The notes beneath the pieces are model-generated. The model was not told the DNA's origin and did not search any database. It saw only the letters and a program-made list of their open reading frames with translations. This document shows, one piece after another, positions 37,726 to 49,638 of a stretch of DNA of 64,000 nt. The DNA is taken from contig JAGGAB010000010.1 in the NCBI GenBank assembly GCA_017889705.1, forward strand, positions 3,636-67,635. The letters run 5' to 3'. This DNA comes from Bacillota bacterium (GTDB lineage: Bacteria > Bacillota > Negativicutes > Sporomusales > Sporomusaceae). Position numbers and translations under genes: made by a program. The stretch's first letter is position 1, and each line of letters begins with the position of its first letter.

Positions 37726-38454
37726 CTAATCTTTTTTTCTTAACATAACTTTTAGCGCAAACTTAGGTAACGCCAGCATTCTAATAGCTCGCTGCGGCTG
37801 GCAAAGCAAGCGGAACAACCATTCTAAACTGGTACGCTGCATCCATAGTGGGGCGCGCTTAACAGCGCCAGCCATCACATCTAAGGTGCCACCAACGCCC
37901 ATACATACAGGAACATTTAGTTTTGTCAGGTTTTTCGCCAACCATTTTTCTTGTTTGGGAACCCCTAACGCGGCCAATAAAATATCCGGTTTTAGCTCCG
38001 CAATTTCTCGAATAATTGTTGTCTCATCCTCTGCAGTAAAAAAACCATGTCTTGTCCCAACTATACATAATCCTGGGTAACGTTTCATGGCTACCATTTT
38101 TGCTTTTTCTACAATATCTGGTTGACTGCCAAATAAAAACACCCGGTATCCTTTTACAGCCGCTTGTGCTAACAGGTTTTGCGCTAAATCATAGCCAGCT
38201 ACCCGCTCAACCATAGTATATCCTTGATATCTTGCCGCCCATACAACACCAGCACCATCTGGCACGATTAAATCAGCTTTGGCAAGAATTTCAGCAAGTT
38301 CGCTGTCTTTTTGCGCCAGCATCACCATTTCTGCATTGGCGGTAGCCACAACATGCGGTGTTTTCGTTACAATAAACTGCTCTAATTTATCCAGAGCCTC
38401 AGCCATAGTAACATTATCAATAGAAACATTTAAAACCGTTGCTTTCATACCCAC
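37726..38454 (-). CDS. WecB/TagA/CpsF family glycosyltransferase
   Basis: TANAE, PDG, LGVPKQE, RAP, LEWLFRL. Confidence 0.92.
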   Translation of the reverse strand: MGMKATVLNVSIDNVTMAEALDKLEQFIVTKTPHVVATANAEMVMLAQKDSELAEILAKADLIVPDGAGVVWAARYQGYTMVERVAGYDLAQNLLAQAAVKGYRVFLFGSQPDIVEKAKMVAMKRYPGLCIVGTRHGFFTAEDETTIIREIAELKPDILLAALGVPKQEKWLAKNLTKLNVPVCMGVGGTLDVMAGAVKRAPLWMQRTSLEWLFRLLCQPQRAIRMLALPKFALKVMLRKKD

Positions 38455-38512
38455 TGAGAACTATTTACTCCTTATATTTGAATTACTATTCCTAGCACAT
38501 TGTACCACAAGT

Positions 38513-40480
38513 TTAAAACAACGGCAATCTAGACCAGGGCCATTTCCAGAAAGGCTGCTTAGTTTCTTCCTGTTTTTCGGGCTGTGACGGCTGCTCCTTA
38601 TTTATAATTCCCGTACGCGGTGCTGTCGGCTGTGTCCCCCGAATAAAGGCACTATATTCAACTTCTTTGCAGCTACTGTCCGCTAATTTTCCCGTATTGG
38701 TACAAACAGGGATACCTTTGACTATACTGGCAGGAATAAAAAATTCTGTCGACGGTGTATTGGCTACTATTTTAGAAAGCATTTTTCCCCACATAGCCGA
38801 TACTTCAGTGCCCGAAATTCCAACTGGTTTTCGATTATCATTACCAACATAGATGCCAACTACAATGTCTGGGGTATAGCCTATAAACCAAGCCGTCTCA
38901 TAGTTATCGGTAGTACCTGTTTTTCCAGCAGCCGGCCGACCAAGATTGGCCGGGGTGGCAGTCCCATCCTGCAGTACACCGCTAAGCATATCTGTTAAAA
39001 TATAAGCTGTTTCCGGATTAAGCACCGACTGTTGATTAATTTTATTTTCCTCAAGTACCTGATTATTTTCATCAAGTACCTTTACTATTGCCAGTGGCTT
39101 AGACAGTATGCCGTTATTTGCAAAAGCGGTATAGGCTGTTGTTAGTTCCCACAAATTCACACCTTGGGTTAATCCCCCCAAAGCAGTTGCTAAATTATCG
39201 TCCTGTGGTGTCAGTGTGGTAACTCCCATACTTTTCGCAAGGGTTAGTACCTGATCAATACCTACTTGCTGCCCAAGTTTGACGGCTGCCACATTGACTG
39301 ACCAACGCAGTGCTTTTTTCATAGTTACCGGCCCACGGTATTTTTTATCATAGTTAGTTGGTGAGTAGCCATTTATATTAATTGGTTCATCAATAATAAT
39401 GGCGTTGGCCGTAAGGCCTTGATTTAATGCGGCAGCATACAAAAATGGTTTAAAAGCCGATCCTGGTTGCCTAACCTCGGCAAATACCCTATTAATCTGG
39501 CTTTCCGCATAGTTTCGTCCGCCGACCATTGCTTTGACATATCCGGTTTTGGGATCAATGGCCACTACTGCTCCCTGCATTTGCCCCAACACAGCTTCTG
39601 CCGCTTGCTGCTGCTTGATGTCTAGTGTTGTATAAACTTTAAGTCCGCCTTTATATACCCGGTTTGCGCCATAACGGCCAACCAACTCATTGGCAACATA
39701 ATCAAGAAAATAAGACGCCTGTACTACTCTTTTTTTAGGAGGCACAACCTTGATCGACTCAGCCATCGCACGACTTGCTGCATCTTGAGTAATATATCCC
39801 TCTTTAACCATATTTTTCAGCACAATAGTTCGCCGTTCACGAGCCGCCTCTATATCAACATTAGGTGAATAAATATTGGGACCCCGCGGCAAGCCTGCCA
39901 GCATGGCACTTTCAGATAAAGTCACCTCTTTAGCAGATTTACCAAAGTACATTTGCGCTGCAGCTTCTACCCCATATGCTCCTTCGCCAAAATACACCTG
40001 ATTTAAATATGCCTGTAAAATCTCTTGTTTCGAAAATTTATAATCAATAAGCAGCGCCAGTATTGCTTCTTTTACTTTTCTGACAAAGGTTCGTTCCTGG
40101 GTCAGAAACATATTCTTTGCTAATTGTTGTGTTATGGTGCTGCCACCTTCTACTAAACCGCCCTGGCGGATGTTTACTACAACAGCCCGGACAATTCCAA
40201 TAGGATCTATACCAAAATGCTTGTAAAAGCGAGTATCTTCATTTGCTAAAATAGCCTGTTGTACATAAGGTGATATATTATTAATGTTCACTACTATCCT
40301 ATTTTCTTCAAATAGTTTGGAAATCAATTGACCATTTATATCAAAAACTTGAGTTGCTGCCACTAAATTTAAGTCATTTAAATTCTCAATTTCCGGCAGA
40401 CCCCAAAAAGCAAAACATGTATTGGCTGTCATTATTAAGATAATAACCATAATGCTAATCTGAATGCTGGTTTTTTTCAT
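38513..40480 (-). CDS. Class A penicillin-binding protein (transglycosylase-transpeptidase)
   Basis: EDTRFYKH, GSTITQQ, SAFK, SVN, KTG. Confidence 0.94.
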   Translation of the reverse strand: MKKTSIQISIMVIILIMTANTCFAFWGLPEIENLNDLNLVAATQVFDINGQLISKLFEENRIVVNINNISPYVQQAILANEDTRFYKHFGIDPIGIVRAVVVNIRQGGLVEGGSTITQQLAKNMFLTQERTFVRKVKEAILALLIDYKFSKQEILQAYLNQVYFGEGAYGVEAAAQMYFGKSAKEVTLSESAMLAGLPRGPNIYSPNVDIEAARERRTIVLKNMVKEGYITQDAASRAMAESIKVVPPKKRVVQASYFLDYVANELVGRYGANRVYKGGLKVYTTLDIKQQQAAEAVLGQMQGAVVAIDPKTGYVKAMVGGRNYAESQINRVFAEVRQPGSAFKPFLYAAALNQGLTANAIIIDEPININGYSPTNYDKKYRGPVTMKKALRWSVNVAAVKLGQQVGIDQVLTLAKSMGVTTLTPQDDNLATALGGLTQGVNLWELTTAYTAFANNGILSKPLAIVKVLDENNQVLEENKINQQSVLNPETAYILTDMLSGVLQDGTATPANLGRPAAGKTGTTDNYETAWFIGYTPDIVVGIYVGNDNRKPVGISGTEVSAMWGKMLSKIVANTPSTEFFIPASIVKGIPVCTNTGKLADSSCKEVEYSAFIRGTQPTAPRTGIINKEQPSQPEKQEETKQPFWKWPWSRLPLF

Positions 40481-40606
40481 GAATAACACTCCTCTTAGCA
40501 ATAGTATCCCCAAGCTTCCTTACTTTACATGCAGGAATCACGTTTATAATAGAGAATATACGAAAATTAGACATTGCATTTTAAATTATCTTACTAGGAG
40601 CAATAA

Positions 40607-41536
40607 ATGAAATATAAATCGAGAACTTTTCAGTTAGTTTGTGCTTTAAGCGCACTATGCCTTGCAATATTAGTATCATCACCATTAATTCTGCTTGCTT
40701 TCCCAAAATTCTCTACACCAGCACAAACGGCGTCTCCTATACAATCGCCAGAGTCCCCCTTACCTGAAACTAACTATAACATGCCGGGAACGGTCGTAGA
40801 TGCTTATTATATCAATGAAAATCCCGACAATCCTCCTCTCCCGGCAAAACCTGCGTATGACACATTAACCATAACCGAACGTCAAGCCCAAGGCTTATCC
40901 CTGGAAATTCCTAAAACTTCCCCCTATTATGGCCAAAAAGTTGTCTACCTTACTTTTGATGATGGTCCCGAACCCGAAAACACACCTGCAGTTCTTGACA
41001 TTTTGAAACAAAATGGAATAAAAGCGACCTTTTTTGTAGTGGGCAATCAGATTGAAAAATATCCGGAAATTTTGCGCCGGATTTATCATGAAGGTCATGC
41101 CATTGGCAATCACTCTTATAATCATGTCTACCGTGAGCTTTATCAATCGCCTAATAGCTATTTTTCACAGCTTAGACAAACCGATGAAGTAATAAAAAAA
41201 ATAATCGGTGTGCGCCCACGCATATCTCGGGCACCAGGCGGCTCAGCCGGCAGCTTTACCAAAGACTATTGGGAAACCTTAAAAAAACTCGGCTATACCG
41301 AAGTGGGCTGGAATGTTAGTTCTGGAGATGCATCCAGTGCTAAAGCTAACGCCATAGTAAATAATATTGTTGCCCAGATGGAAAATAAGCATTTATGGAG
41401 TCATGCAACATTACTTATGCATGACGGCCGGGGCCATGCCGAAACAGTAAAGGCATTGCCTACAATCATTAAGTATTATAAAGATCGCCAATTTGAGTTT
41501 CGCGTAATAAATTTTGAAACACCATCACCCTGGTAA
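40607..41536 (+). CDS. Polysaccharide deacetylase
   Basis: TFDDGP, HSYNH, RAPGG, LMHD. Confidence 0.92.
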   Translation: MKYKSRTFQLVCALSALCLAILVSSPLILLAFPKFSTPAQTASPIQSPESPLPETNYNMPGTVVDAYYINENPDNPPLPAKPAYDTLTITERQAQGLSLEIPKTSPYYGQKVVYLTFDDGPEPENTPAVLDILKQNGIKATFFVVGNQIEKYPEILRRIYHEGHAIGNHSYNHVYRELYQSPNSYFSQLRQTDEVIKKIIGVRPRISRAPGGSAGSFTKDYWETLKKLGYTEVGWNVSSGDASSAKANAIVNNIVAQMENKHLWSHATLLMHDGRGHAETVKALPTIIKYYKDRQFEFRVINFETPSPW

Positions 41537-41565
41537 TAAACCTTGTTCTGCCGTAAAACCAAATG

Positions 41566-41603
41566 GGGCCATCGCACTAAGTAATTAGTGCGATGGCTTT
41601 TTT
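41566..41603 (+). terminator. Intrinsic terminator
   Basis: GCCATCGCACTAA-gtaa-TTAGTGCGATGGC plus T-run. Confidence 0.85.
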
Positions 41604-41744
41604 CTTGACTAGAATTTAGAAGTATTAGAAGTTGCAGAAGCCCCATAAAGCAAGGCATATCATATGACAAAATCCTTTACAGAAGGTGTACCCATTAATA
41701 AGGTGGTACTATCGGTACCCTCGCAACTTTGGCCTTTGCCGGAA

Positions 41745-41970
41745 AAAGCGTTCCGCAGGAGAAAAGCCTGGTGGTATTCCGTTTAGAAATTCGTACTGTT
41801 TGAGCGTGTTTACGAATTTTAGGAATATCACACGGCTTTTCAGGTCCGTGCATGGAAATGGAGACTATATCATACAGCAATGAAAGCTGCTCTCTAGCGG
41901 AACAGGTTAGCGTGTGGAGGCTTCGGGCCTAGACCTTTGGTTACTTTGGGGCGATGCCAAAGTGACACCC
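41745..41970. repeat. Highly structured intergenic element (putative non-autonomous repeat)
   Basis: Nested inverted repeats; terminal TTACTTTGG-ggcgatg-CCAAAGTGA hairpin; only one copy in window. Confidence 0.4.
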
Positions 41971-42097
41971 GCCCCTTCTATTCTATCCAATGTTATTATG
42001 CCGCAGTTTGGTTTTCGCATATAAACAGGGCCATCGCAAGCGAAAATTCTACATCACTATTGCGATAGCCCTTTTTCTATTTATGGGTTAAATTCTA

Positions 42098-43579
<1,482 letters not shown>

Positions 43580-43701
43580 TCATAATAAGTGTTTCCCAAT
43601 ATAATAACATAAATAAACTTGCCAAATCTACACCTTTCTATGTAATTAAGAAAAATAATACAAAAAAAATGCAAAGCCTGGCAAAAAACCAGGCCTTGCT
43701 G

Positions 43702-44337
43702 CTAATTAAGAACATAGACTTTTACATTTTGGACACCGAAATCATAGGCTTTGTCAACCGAGTGCATGGCAATATCAATACGGTTGCCTTTAATTGCGCC
43801 GCCGGTGTCCTCAGCAACACCGTACATGCTATTACCATCAGCAAATTCAATATATACTCTTGAACCCAGCGGAATAACATTTGGATCTACGGCAATAACG
43901 CCGGGCCGCACCTGAGTTCCCATATGGGTCAGATTGCCCCACTGTCCATTATCATGTGGACCAGGTGCATAAGCAGTGGCCTTTATGTCTAATGCCTTTT
44001 TATAGCGCCCTGGCGCTTGACCACGTGAGGTTTCGACCTTGCGACCACCTTGCAAGGTTTGCAGGGTTTCTCCCCCGACAACCCCATCAGCAGTAAGATT
44101 ATATGCCTGTTGGAACTTAATTACTGCTTGCTCGGTAGTTTCACCAAAAATACCGTCAACATTCAAATTGCCATAACCTAAATCAATCAGCTTTGCCTGC
44201 AATTCATAAATGTCTTGACCTTCCATCCCTACCCGCAAAGTCTGATCGCCAAGAGCGGCAAATACCGGTGTCCAGCTGACAACCAGTAACACCGCCATAG
44301 CAGCGGCACGCACAAAAAATCTTTTGATGTTTTTCAT
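43702..44337 (-). CDS. Secreted peptidoglycan-binding + 3D domain protein
   Basis: Signal peptide; DGIFG/DGVVG PG-binding; ATAY, AVDP, EDTGGAIKGNRIDI. Confidence 0.92.
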   Translation of the reverse strand: MKNIKRFFVRAAAMAVLLVVSWTPVFAALGDQTLRVGMEGQDIYELQAKLIDLGYGNLNVDGIFGETTEQAVIKFQQAYNLTADGVVGGETLQTLQGGRKVETSRGQAPGRYKKALDIKATAYAPGPHDNGQWGNLTHMGTQVRPGVIAVDPNVIPLGSRVYIEFADGNSMYGVAEDTGGAIKGNRIDIAMHSVDKAYDFGVQNVKVYVLN

Positions 44338-44355
44338 AAAAAACACCCCTTTCTA

Positions 44356-44470
44356 TTGCCTGCGAGGTTAGCTGACGGATTCGGGACAAAGGGAAATCCC
44401 TACCGCAGAATGCGGATTCACCCCAGAAATGGTTCCCCCGTTTTCCTTTTTTTCAGGAAATTCGGCATGG
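44356..44470 (-). promoter_or_regulatory. c-di-AMP (ydaO/yuaA) riboswitch
   Basis: GCCGAAT...GGGGGAACC...GGGGTGAATC...CCCGAATCCGTCAGCTAACCTCGCAGGC upstream of a cell-wall enzyme. Confidence 0.93.
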
Positions 44471-44626
44471 TCACATGATACAGGATAGTTTTTGCTTATG
44501 CAAACCTCATTAGAAGAAAATATCAATCAATAATTATTGTTAAATACTTTTTTCTCTCTTTTTCATCACTATACACACCTATAAATATAAATCTTTTATA
44601 AGCATAAACTAAATCTGGGTGAGTAT

Positions 44627-45994
44627 ATGGTAAAACATTGGTGTGAGCTAAAAAAACCACACAAAATTTCAAAAATAAAAAACATACATGCTAAAACGGC
44701 CGCCAGTAAATATGACGTTATTATAGCAGGAGCCGGTCCTGCCGGGCTAACGGCCGCGTATTTCCTGGCGCGTGATGGTCTTGACGTGCTGGTTATTGAA
44801 CGCGGTCTTTTTCCTGGAGCGAAAAATTGCGGCGGAGCCAGCCTGATGGCTGAACATACTCATAAACTCTTCCCTAACTTCTGGGAAGAATGTGAGTGTG
44901 AACGAGTGATCACCGATCAATCGTATTGGCTGATGACTGAGGATTCTGTTCTCTCTTCGCGTTTTCAGAGTACTCGCCTTGCTGCTGCTCCCTATAACCG
45001 TTTCTCAGTTAAACGCAGTAATCTCTATCGATGGCTGGCAAATAAAGCAACACAAGCTGGCGCTCAAGTGTTATATAGCCATACTGTAACGCAGGTCCTG
45101 TTTAATACTTCTGGTCAAGCAATCGGCGTGACAACACAAACGTCTGACAATAATAGGTGTCTAGCGGACATCATCATTTTGGCCGATGGCGCTAATTCTC
45201 TTCTAGCTGAACGTTCAGGCCTAGCAGCTAAAGTAACATCTGCCAACATGTCATTGTATGTGAAAGAAACCATTGCCCTCCCCTCCGCGGTAATTGAAGA
45301 ACGATTTAATCTACTGCCGGGTGAGGGAACAATTATCGGGTTGATTGGTTATCCTACCGCAGGCTTTAATGGTACAGCCTCAATTCATACTTTCAGGGAC
45401 AGCATCAATATCAACGCCGGCATGGCTGTAGCCAATTTTGCCCAAGCGGGATTTAATCCTAATGATCTATTGGAGCGCATAAAAAAACACCCCTATATCA
45501 AGCAACTGCTTGTTGGAGGCCAAACCATTGAATATGGCGGAGCATTAATTCCCGAGGGGGGTTATCATGCCATCCCGCCCTTAGTTCATCCCGGCCTAAT
45601 GATTGTTGGTGATGCCGGCTCTTTGGTCAATGGTACCCATGGGATAAATCTTGCTATGTGGTCAGGCTTCTATGCAGCACAAGCCGCATATGCCGCCAAA
45701 ATCGGCCGTGACTATTCTACACAAAAATTGTCGCTATATACCAAGCTTTTAGATGAGAGCTTTATTATTCAAGATTTAAAAGCAAATGCCGGTGCTGCTA
45801 AATTAATGCGTGACCTCCCTTATGCTTTTGACCTTTATTCCCGCATAGCAAACGAAACAGCTTATCAAGTTTCCAAAGTATATACTATGCCCAAACGCGC
45901 CAAACGGCAGATGATATATACAAAAGTAAAAAGCATGCAACCTGTGTTCAAACTAGCATCAGATATCTGGAAAAGCTGGAAGGTGATTCGGTAA
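44627..45994 (+). CDS. fixC: FixC-like FAD-dependent oxidoreductase
   Basis: GAGPAG, ERGLFPGAKN, DGANS, IPEGG, GDAG. Confidence 0.8.
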   Translation: MVKHWCELKKPHKISKIKNIHAKTAASKYDVIIAGAGPAGLTAAYFLARDGLDVLVIERGLFPGAKNCGGASLMAEHTHKLFPNFWEECECERVITDQSYWLMTEDSVLSSRFQSTRLAAAPYNRFSVKRSNLYRWLANKATQAGAQVLYSHTVTQVLFNTSGQAIGVTTQTSDNNRCLADIIILADGANSLLAERSGLAAKVTSANMSLYVKETIALPSAVIEERFNLLPGEGTIIGLIGYPTAGFNGTASIHTFRDSININAGMAVANFAQAGFNPNDLLERIKKHPYIKQLLVGGQTIEYGGALIPEGGYHAIPPLVHPGLMIVGDAGSLVNGTHGINLAMWSGFYAAQAAYAAKIGRDYSTQKLSLYTKLLDESFIIQDLKANAGAAKLMRDLPYAFDLYSRIANETAYQVSKVYTMPKRAKRQMIYTKVKSMQPVFKLASDIWKSWKVIR

Positions 45995-46278
45995 TGCAGT
46001 TACAGAACAAAATTTCACTCATACATTTCAATCTTTCTGATAATACGCCACATGTTGCCATACATAATCAAGAGTTTTGCACTAAGTGCAAGGAAAAACA
46101 CTGCTTAACCGTTTGTCCTACCGGCGTATTTAAATGGGACTGTCTTGTTGACAGCCCCATAGTAGTTGAGTATCAGCAATGTGTTGAATGTGGTGCCTGC
46201 CGGTTAGTTTGCCAGTTTGACAACATTCTTTTTTGCTACCCGCCTGGCGGTAAAGGGGTAATTTTCCGCGAAGGTTAA
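45994..46278 (+). CDS. fixX: FixX-like ferredoxin
   Basis: CTKC..C..VCP, CVECGACRLVC, YPPGGKGV. Confidence 0.8.
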   Translation: MQLQNKISLIHFNLSDNTPHVAIHNQEFCTKCKEKHCLTVCPTGVFKWDCLVDSPIVVEYQQCVECGACRLVCQFDNILFCYPPGGKGVIFREG

Positions 46279-46775
46279 TCCTTACCCAGCAAAAAAGGCG
46301 CAAACCCAAGCTCACCCCAGTAATGGTTGCAGTAGGTTTGAATAATGCCGTTTAACCGTCTAAGTAAGATTTTCTTCACATGACTAAGCGAGTTAAAAAA
46401 CAGCCGGGTTTGAGGATGCGCGCTGTTGGTAGCCGCTTGTTGATAAAATTGAGCTGTTTTATCAATTTCTATAGATGTTTGCCAAAGAATAAGCAAGCTC
46501 TGTAAACTGGCGTTAGTAACTTCTTTCTGTAAGGTAAGTTGCTGCCATGCCACGTCTTTTCCAAGCAAATTAGACTCATCCACCGGTGGATATGCAGCCA
46601 TATCCACATTTATTGTATTGGCTGCCGCAAGAAGTTCCAAAAAATTTTTCTGACTCGTATGTATTAGTGAAATTATCGTCACAATTTCCTCTGTGACAGT
46701 TACCTTATCCAATTGACTGATTATAGCCGTTTCAAGTTCAATTGCGAATTGTATAGGCAGCATTTCTGGCACCAC
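46275..46775 (-). CDS. Hypothetical protein, ferritin/rubrerythrin-like helices
   Basis: FAIELE, AQFYQQAA patterns; metal ligands look degenerate. Confidence 0.55.
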   Translation of the reverse strand: MVPEMLPIQFAIELETAIISQLDKVTVTEEIVTIISLIHTSQKNFLELLAAANTINVDMAAYPPVDESNLLGKDVAWQQLTLQKEVTNASLQSLLILWQTSIEIDKTAQFYQQAATNSAHPQTRLFFNSLSHVKKILLRRLNGIIQTYCNHYWGELGFAPFLLGKD

Positions 46776-46832
46776 CTTTTCAGGAATTAGGCCATTTCAT
46801 AAATGAAATGGCCTATCACTTTTTATTTATTC

Positions 46833-47018
46833 TCATTTATCAGACATCAGTACGCCCGCTTTCCCAATATGTTGGGCAGGAGCTTCCCGCAATACAATAG
46901 TTACCGCTTCGATTGGACACTTGGCTGTATCAACGATGGCTTCAGTTACTCTTTTAACCATCTCCCGTTTTTGTTCTAAAGAACGACCTTCCACTAAATC
47001 GATTTGCACGATTGGCAT
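46833..47018 (-). CDS. 4-oxalocrotonate tautomerase family
   Basis: MPIVQI (catalytic Pro1), EGRSLEQKR. Confidence 0.9.
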   Translation of the reverse strand: MPIVQIDLVEGRSLEQKREMVKRVTEAIVDTAKCPIEAVTIVLREAPAQHIGKAGVLMSDK

Positions 47019-47206
47019 TTTGTTCACCTCCCCAAAATAGATTTACTTTCAACTAATATTTTCTTTGCCCTAAAGATGAATTCCTGCCAAAAGAAACGTT
47101 AACCTAGACTAACATAAAAAGCTTCGCGAGTAACACTTTCCCTTGACTGTTCATACAGTATAGTAACACACCTGTTTATTTAGATATTTTAAGGGGGTCT
47201 ATACTT

Positions 47207-47806
47207 ATGGGCATATTTAAAGAACTACGCAATGAATGCTTAATAAGAGAGCTTGAGCATGAATTAAACACAGACGTACTATTGTTCGGTTTCGACGGTA
47301 TAGTGTACTTTGGTAATCTGCAAAAAATTGAAGACTGCCGTGTAGCCTTTCTATCACCAGCCATTGAAGCTGAATCCAATGTCGAGATCCTCTCCCCCGG
47401 CGGCGAAGTTGTCGAAGTACGTTTCCTACATGTTGATTTGTGGCAAATCGTTGCAAAAGCTACCGGTGTTAAGACCAGCCCATTTGACAATGGTTCTGGA
47501 CTCGTTGGTGACGCCACTGTTGCCACACAAGCAACACAAAGAACCGAAGAAATCGAACGCCAAGAAAGCCATAACCTAATTTGCATCTTAAAACGGATGA
47601 TTGGTGATGAAGTTGTTATTACAACTCTTGGTGGTTTTGTATTCCAGGGTACACTGGGCAATGTTGACGATGAGTTGGCATTTATATCTGTCACCGAAAT
47701 TTTCGGCCCAGCTACCTCTTCAGGCATTTCTGATGATGTAGTAAGTACAGCTGTAGTTAATCTCGAAGCCATAACATCAGTATCCAGATCCGCCGATTGT
47801 TGCTGA
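47207..47806 (+). CDS. Hypothetical protein with two related beta-rich domains (possible spore protein)
   Basis: Internal similarity GIVYFGNL / GFVFQGTL; CATACAGT upstream. Confidence 0.65.
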   Translation: MGIFKELRNECLIRELEHELNTDVLLFGFDGIVYFGNLQKIEDCRVAFLSPAIEAESNVEILSPGGEVVEVRFLHVDLWQIVAKATGVKTSPFDNGSGLVGDATVATQATQRTEEIERQESHNLICILKRMIGDEVVITTLGGFVFQGTLGNVDDELAFISVTEIFGPATSSGISDDVVSTAVVNLEAITSVSRSADCC

Positions 47807-47910
47807 TTTTTCGCAAAACCATCTGCTATACTATAGGAAGATTAAAGCGACTCGGTTAATTTTTTACCGGGTCGTTTTTTCTTGTACTATATTTAGGGAG
47901 GCTTGTCAAC

Positions 47911-48765
47911 ATGCTACATGCTCTGGAATATTTAGGTGAAGTGGGCGTCGGTGTTACTTCCCCCCAGTTTTTTCGTGCTTGTGATGGTAATACCTATGTA
48001 GTAAAATTCCAAAACAATGCGCTGCGCTCCAAAGTATTAGTAAGTGAATTATTAGCCGCTAAGCTAGGTACACTTGTGGGTTTATGTTTTCCGCCGAGTA
48101 CGCTCATTGAAATTAGTGAGCAGTTAATAAATAAAAACCCCTGCTTGTTTGATTTAGGTTTAATACCAGGACGCTATTTTGCCTCTCTCTATTTAACCAA
48201 CGCAGAATATGTTGGAAAAGATAGATTGTCCAAAGCTGCTAATGTGTCTGCAATGGCCGGTATAGTATTATTTGATCACATATTCCACAATGCCGATCGT
48301 GCTAAAAATCAAAAAAATCTCTTGCTCAGGCTGGAAAATGAAATTTACATCGTTTATGCCATAGATAATTCCCATTTGTTTCGCTCCAGCCGTTGGAACA
48401 TAGATTCTTTACAAATACTCGGAACCAAGATAAAAATTTATTATTATCAACATTATCGAAATTTGTTAAAAGACATTCTTTCTGCCCAAGATTTTGTACC
48501 TTATAGAGAAAAAATAAAAAGCCTGAGCGATAAAATAATTGACGATATCGTCGAGGAAATCCCCAAGGAATGGCTGCCAGATGAAGCAGAAGGTAAAGCT
48601 TTGGCTGATTACATTAAACTTCGCAGAGATATGACAGATGAAATCTGGGAAAAACTCAGCAAATATATTCCCCGCAGCCGCGGCGGAGCTCGGTGGTTAT
48701 TTTCTTCTTCTGCGCCACCAGAGAACAACATAAATAAGCACCACAAGCAGAGTAACAAAAATTAG
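47911..48765 (+). CDS. HipA-like kinase
   Basis: YVVKF, ELLAA, HNADR..KNLL, AIDNSHLF. Confidence 0.8.
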   Translation: MLHALEYLGEVGVGVTSPQFFRACDGNTYVVKFQNNALRSKVLVSELLAAKLGTLVGLCFPPSTLIEISEQLINKNPCLFDLGLIPGRYFASLYLTNAEYVGKDRLSKAANVSAMAGIVLFDHIFHNADRAKNQKNLLLRLENEIYIVYAIDNSHLFRSSRWNIDSLQILGTKIKIYYYQHYRNLLKDILSAQDFVPYREKIKSLSDKIIDDIVEEIPKEWLPDEAEGKALADYIKLRRDMTDEIWEKLSKYIPRSRGGARWLFSSSAPPENNINKHHKQSNKN

Positions 48766-49356
48766 CCGTCCCATGTTATCGCCGGCAAAAACAATGTCAT
48801 GTCCCAGCAAAACTTTAATAACGACCGGGGGTAATTTGCCGATGAAAGTTGCCCACCAAAAATCTTTAAAAGACATGCCGCTAATGGCCGCAATAGCGGT
48901 AATAATACCTGATGGGGCCAAAGGTAATAATCTGGCGATAAGTAGTGCTTTAAAACCATTTTCAGCACTGTAGTCATCAACCTGTTTTAAGTAACGGCTT
49001 TTGGCAATCCAGCCTTCTACAGTATGTCTAAAAAAATATCGGACGAATATAAACATAACCAGAGCGCCGACAACTTCGCCAGCCCAGGAAATAATTATCC
49101 CCCCAAAAAGGCCAAAAACAATGCCGGCCGCCCCAGACAAAATCATGAACGGAAATACGATTGTAAAGGTCATGACTACGAACAAAATAATGGTAACAAA
49201 AATCGCGCCGGCGCCAAAAGAACGCAGATATTCTGCCAGTGCAGCAATATCTCCTTTCTCAATAATTCCATATGCATGATGAAAAAATTCAGGCTGCCAC
49301 ATGTATGTTAATCCAATTATTGCAGCAATAGCAAGCCAACCAAATAATTTGTTCAT
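48697..49356 (-). CDS. TVP38/TMEM64 (DedA-like) membrane protein
   Basis: ARLLPLAP, FWWATFIGKLP. Confidence 0.88.
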   Translation of the reverse strand: MNKLFGWLAIAAIIGLTYMWQPEFFHHAYGIIEKGDIAALAEYLRSFGAGAIFVTIILFVVMTFTIVFPFMILSGAAGIVFGLFGGIIISWAGEVVGALVMFIFVRYFFRHTVEGWIAKSRYLKQVDDYSAENGFKALLIARLLPLAPSGIITAIAAISGMSFKDFWWATFIGKLPPVVIKVLLGHDIVFAGDNMGRLIFVTLLVVLIYVVLWWRRRRK

Positions 49357-49406
49357 TCATATCATCCCTATTCCTTAAAAACAGCGCTGTTTACAGCGCT
49401 GTTTAT

Positions 49407-49607
49407 CTATTCCCACTGAGAGATTTCCTTTTGAAAAATCGTGCAAGAACCACCTAACCACTTGGTGCAGTCTGTACAACGTCGCTTGAAATTTTTTTCT
49501 GACACATTAAGCAGTGAATATCCATAGCCCATTGCATTGATAATATGTTCAAACTCCTGACATTCTTCCGCAATACTGCAAAGCTGGCCTTGTGTATATT
49601 TTTCCAT
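49407..49607 (-). CDS. Small Cys-rich hypothetical protein
   Basis: IAEECQEF, CTDCTKW...C. Confidence 0.6.
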   Translation of the reverse strand: MEKYTQGQLCSIAEECQEFEHIINAMGYGYSLLNVSEKNFKRRCTDCTKWLGGSCTIFQKEISQWE

Positions 49608-49638
49608 TTCCCCACCACTCCTCACTGGTATTTATCCG

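Noticed and set aside
41686-41883. 65- and 61-aa ORFs on both strands
   Set aside because: Fall within a palindromic element; no RBS or recognisable motifs
47176-47772. 198-aa minus ORF
   Set aside because: Shadow of the plus-strand gene, which has RBS, promoter-like motif and terminator
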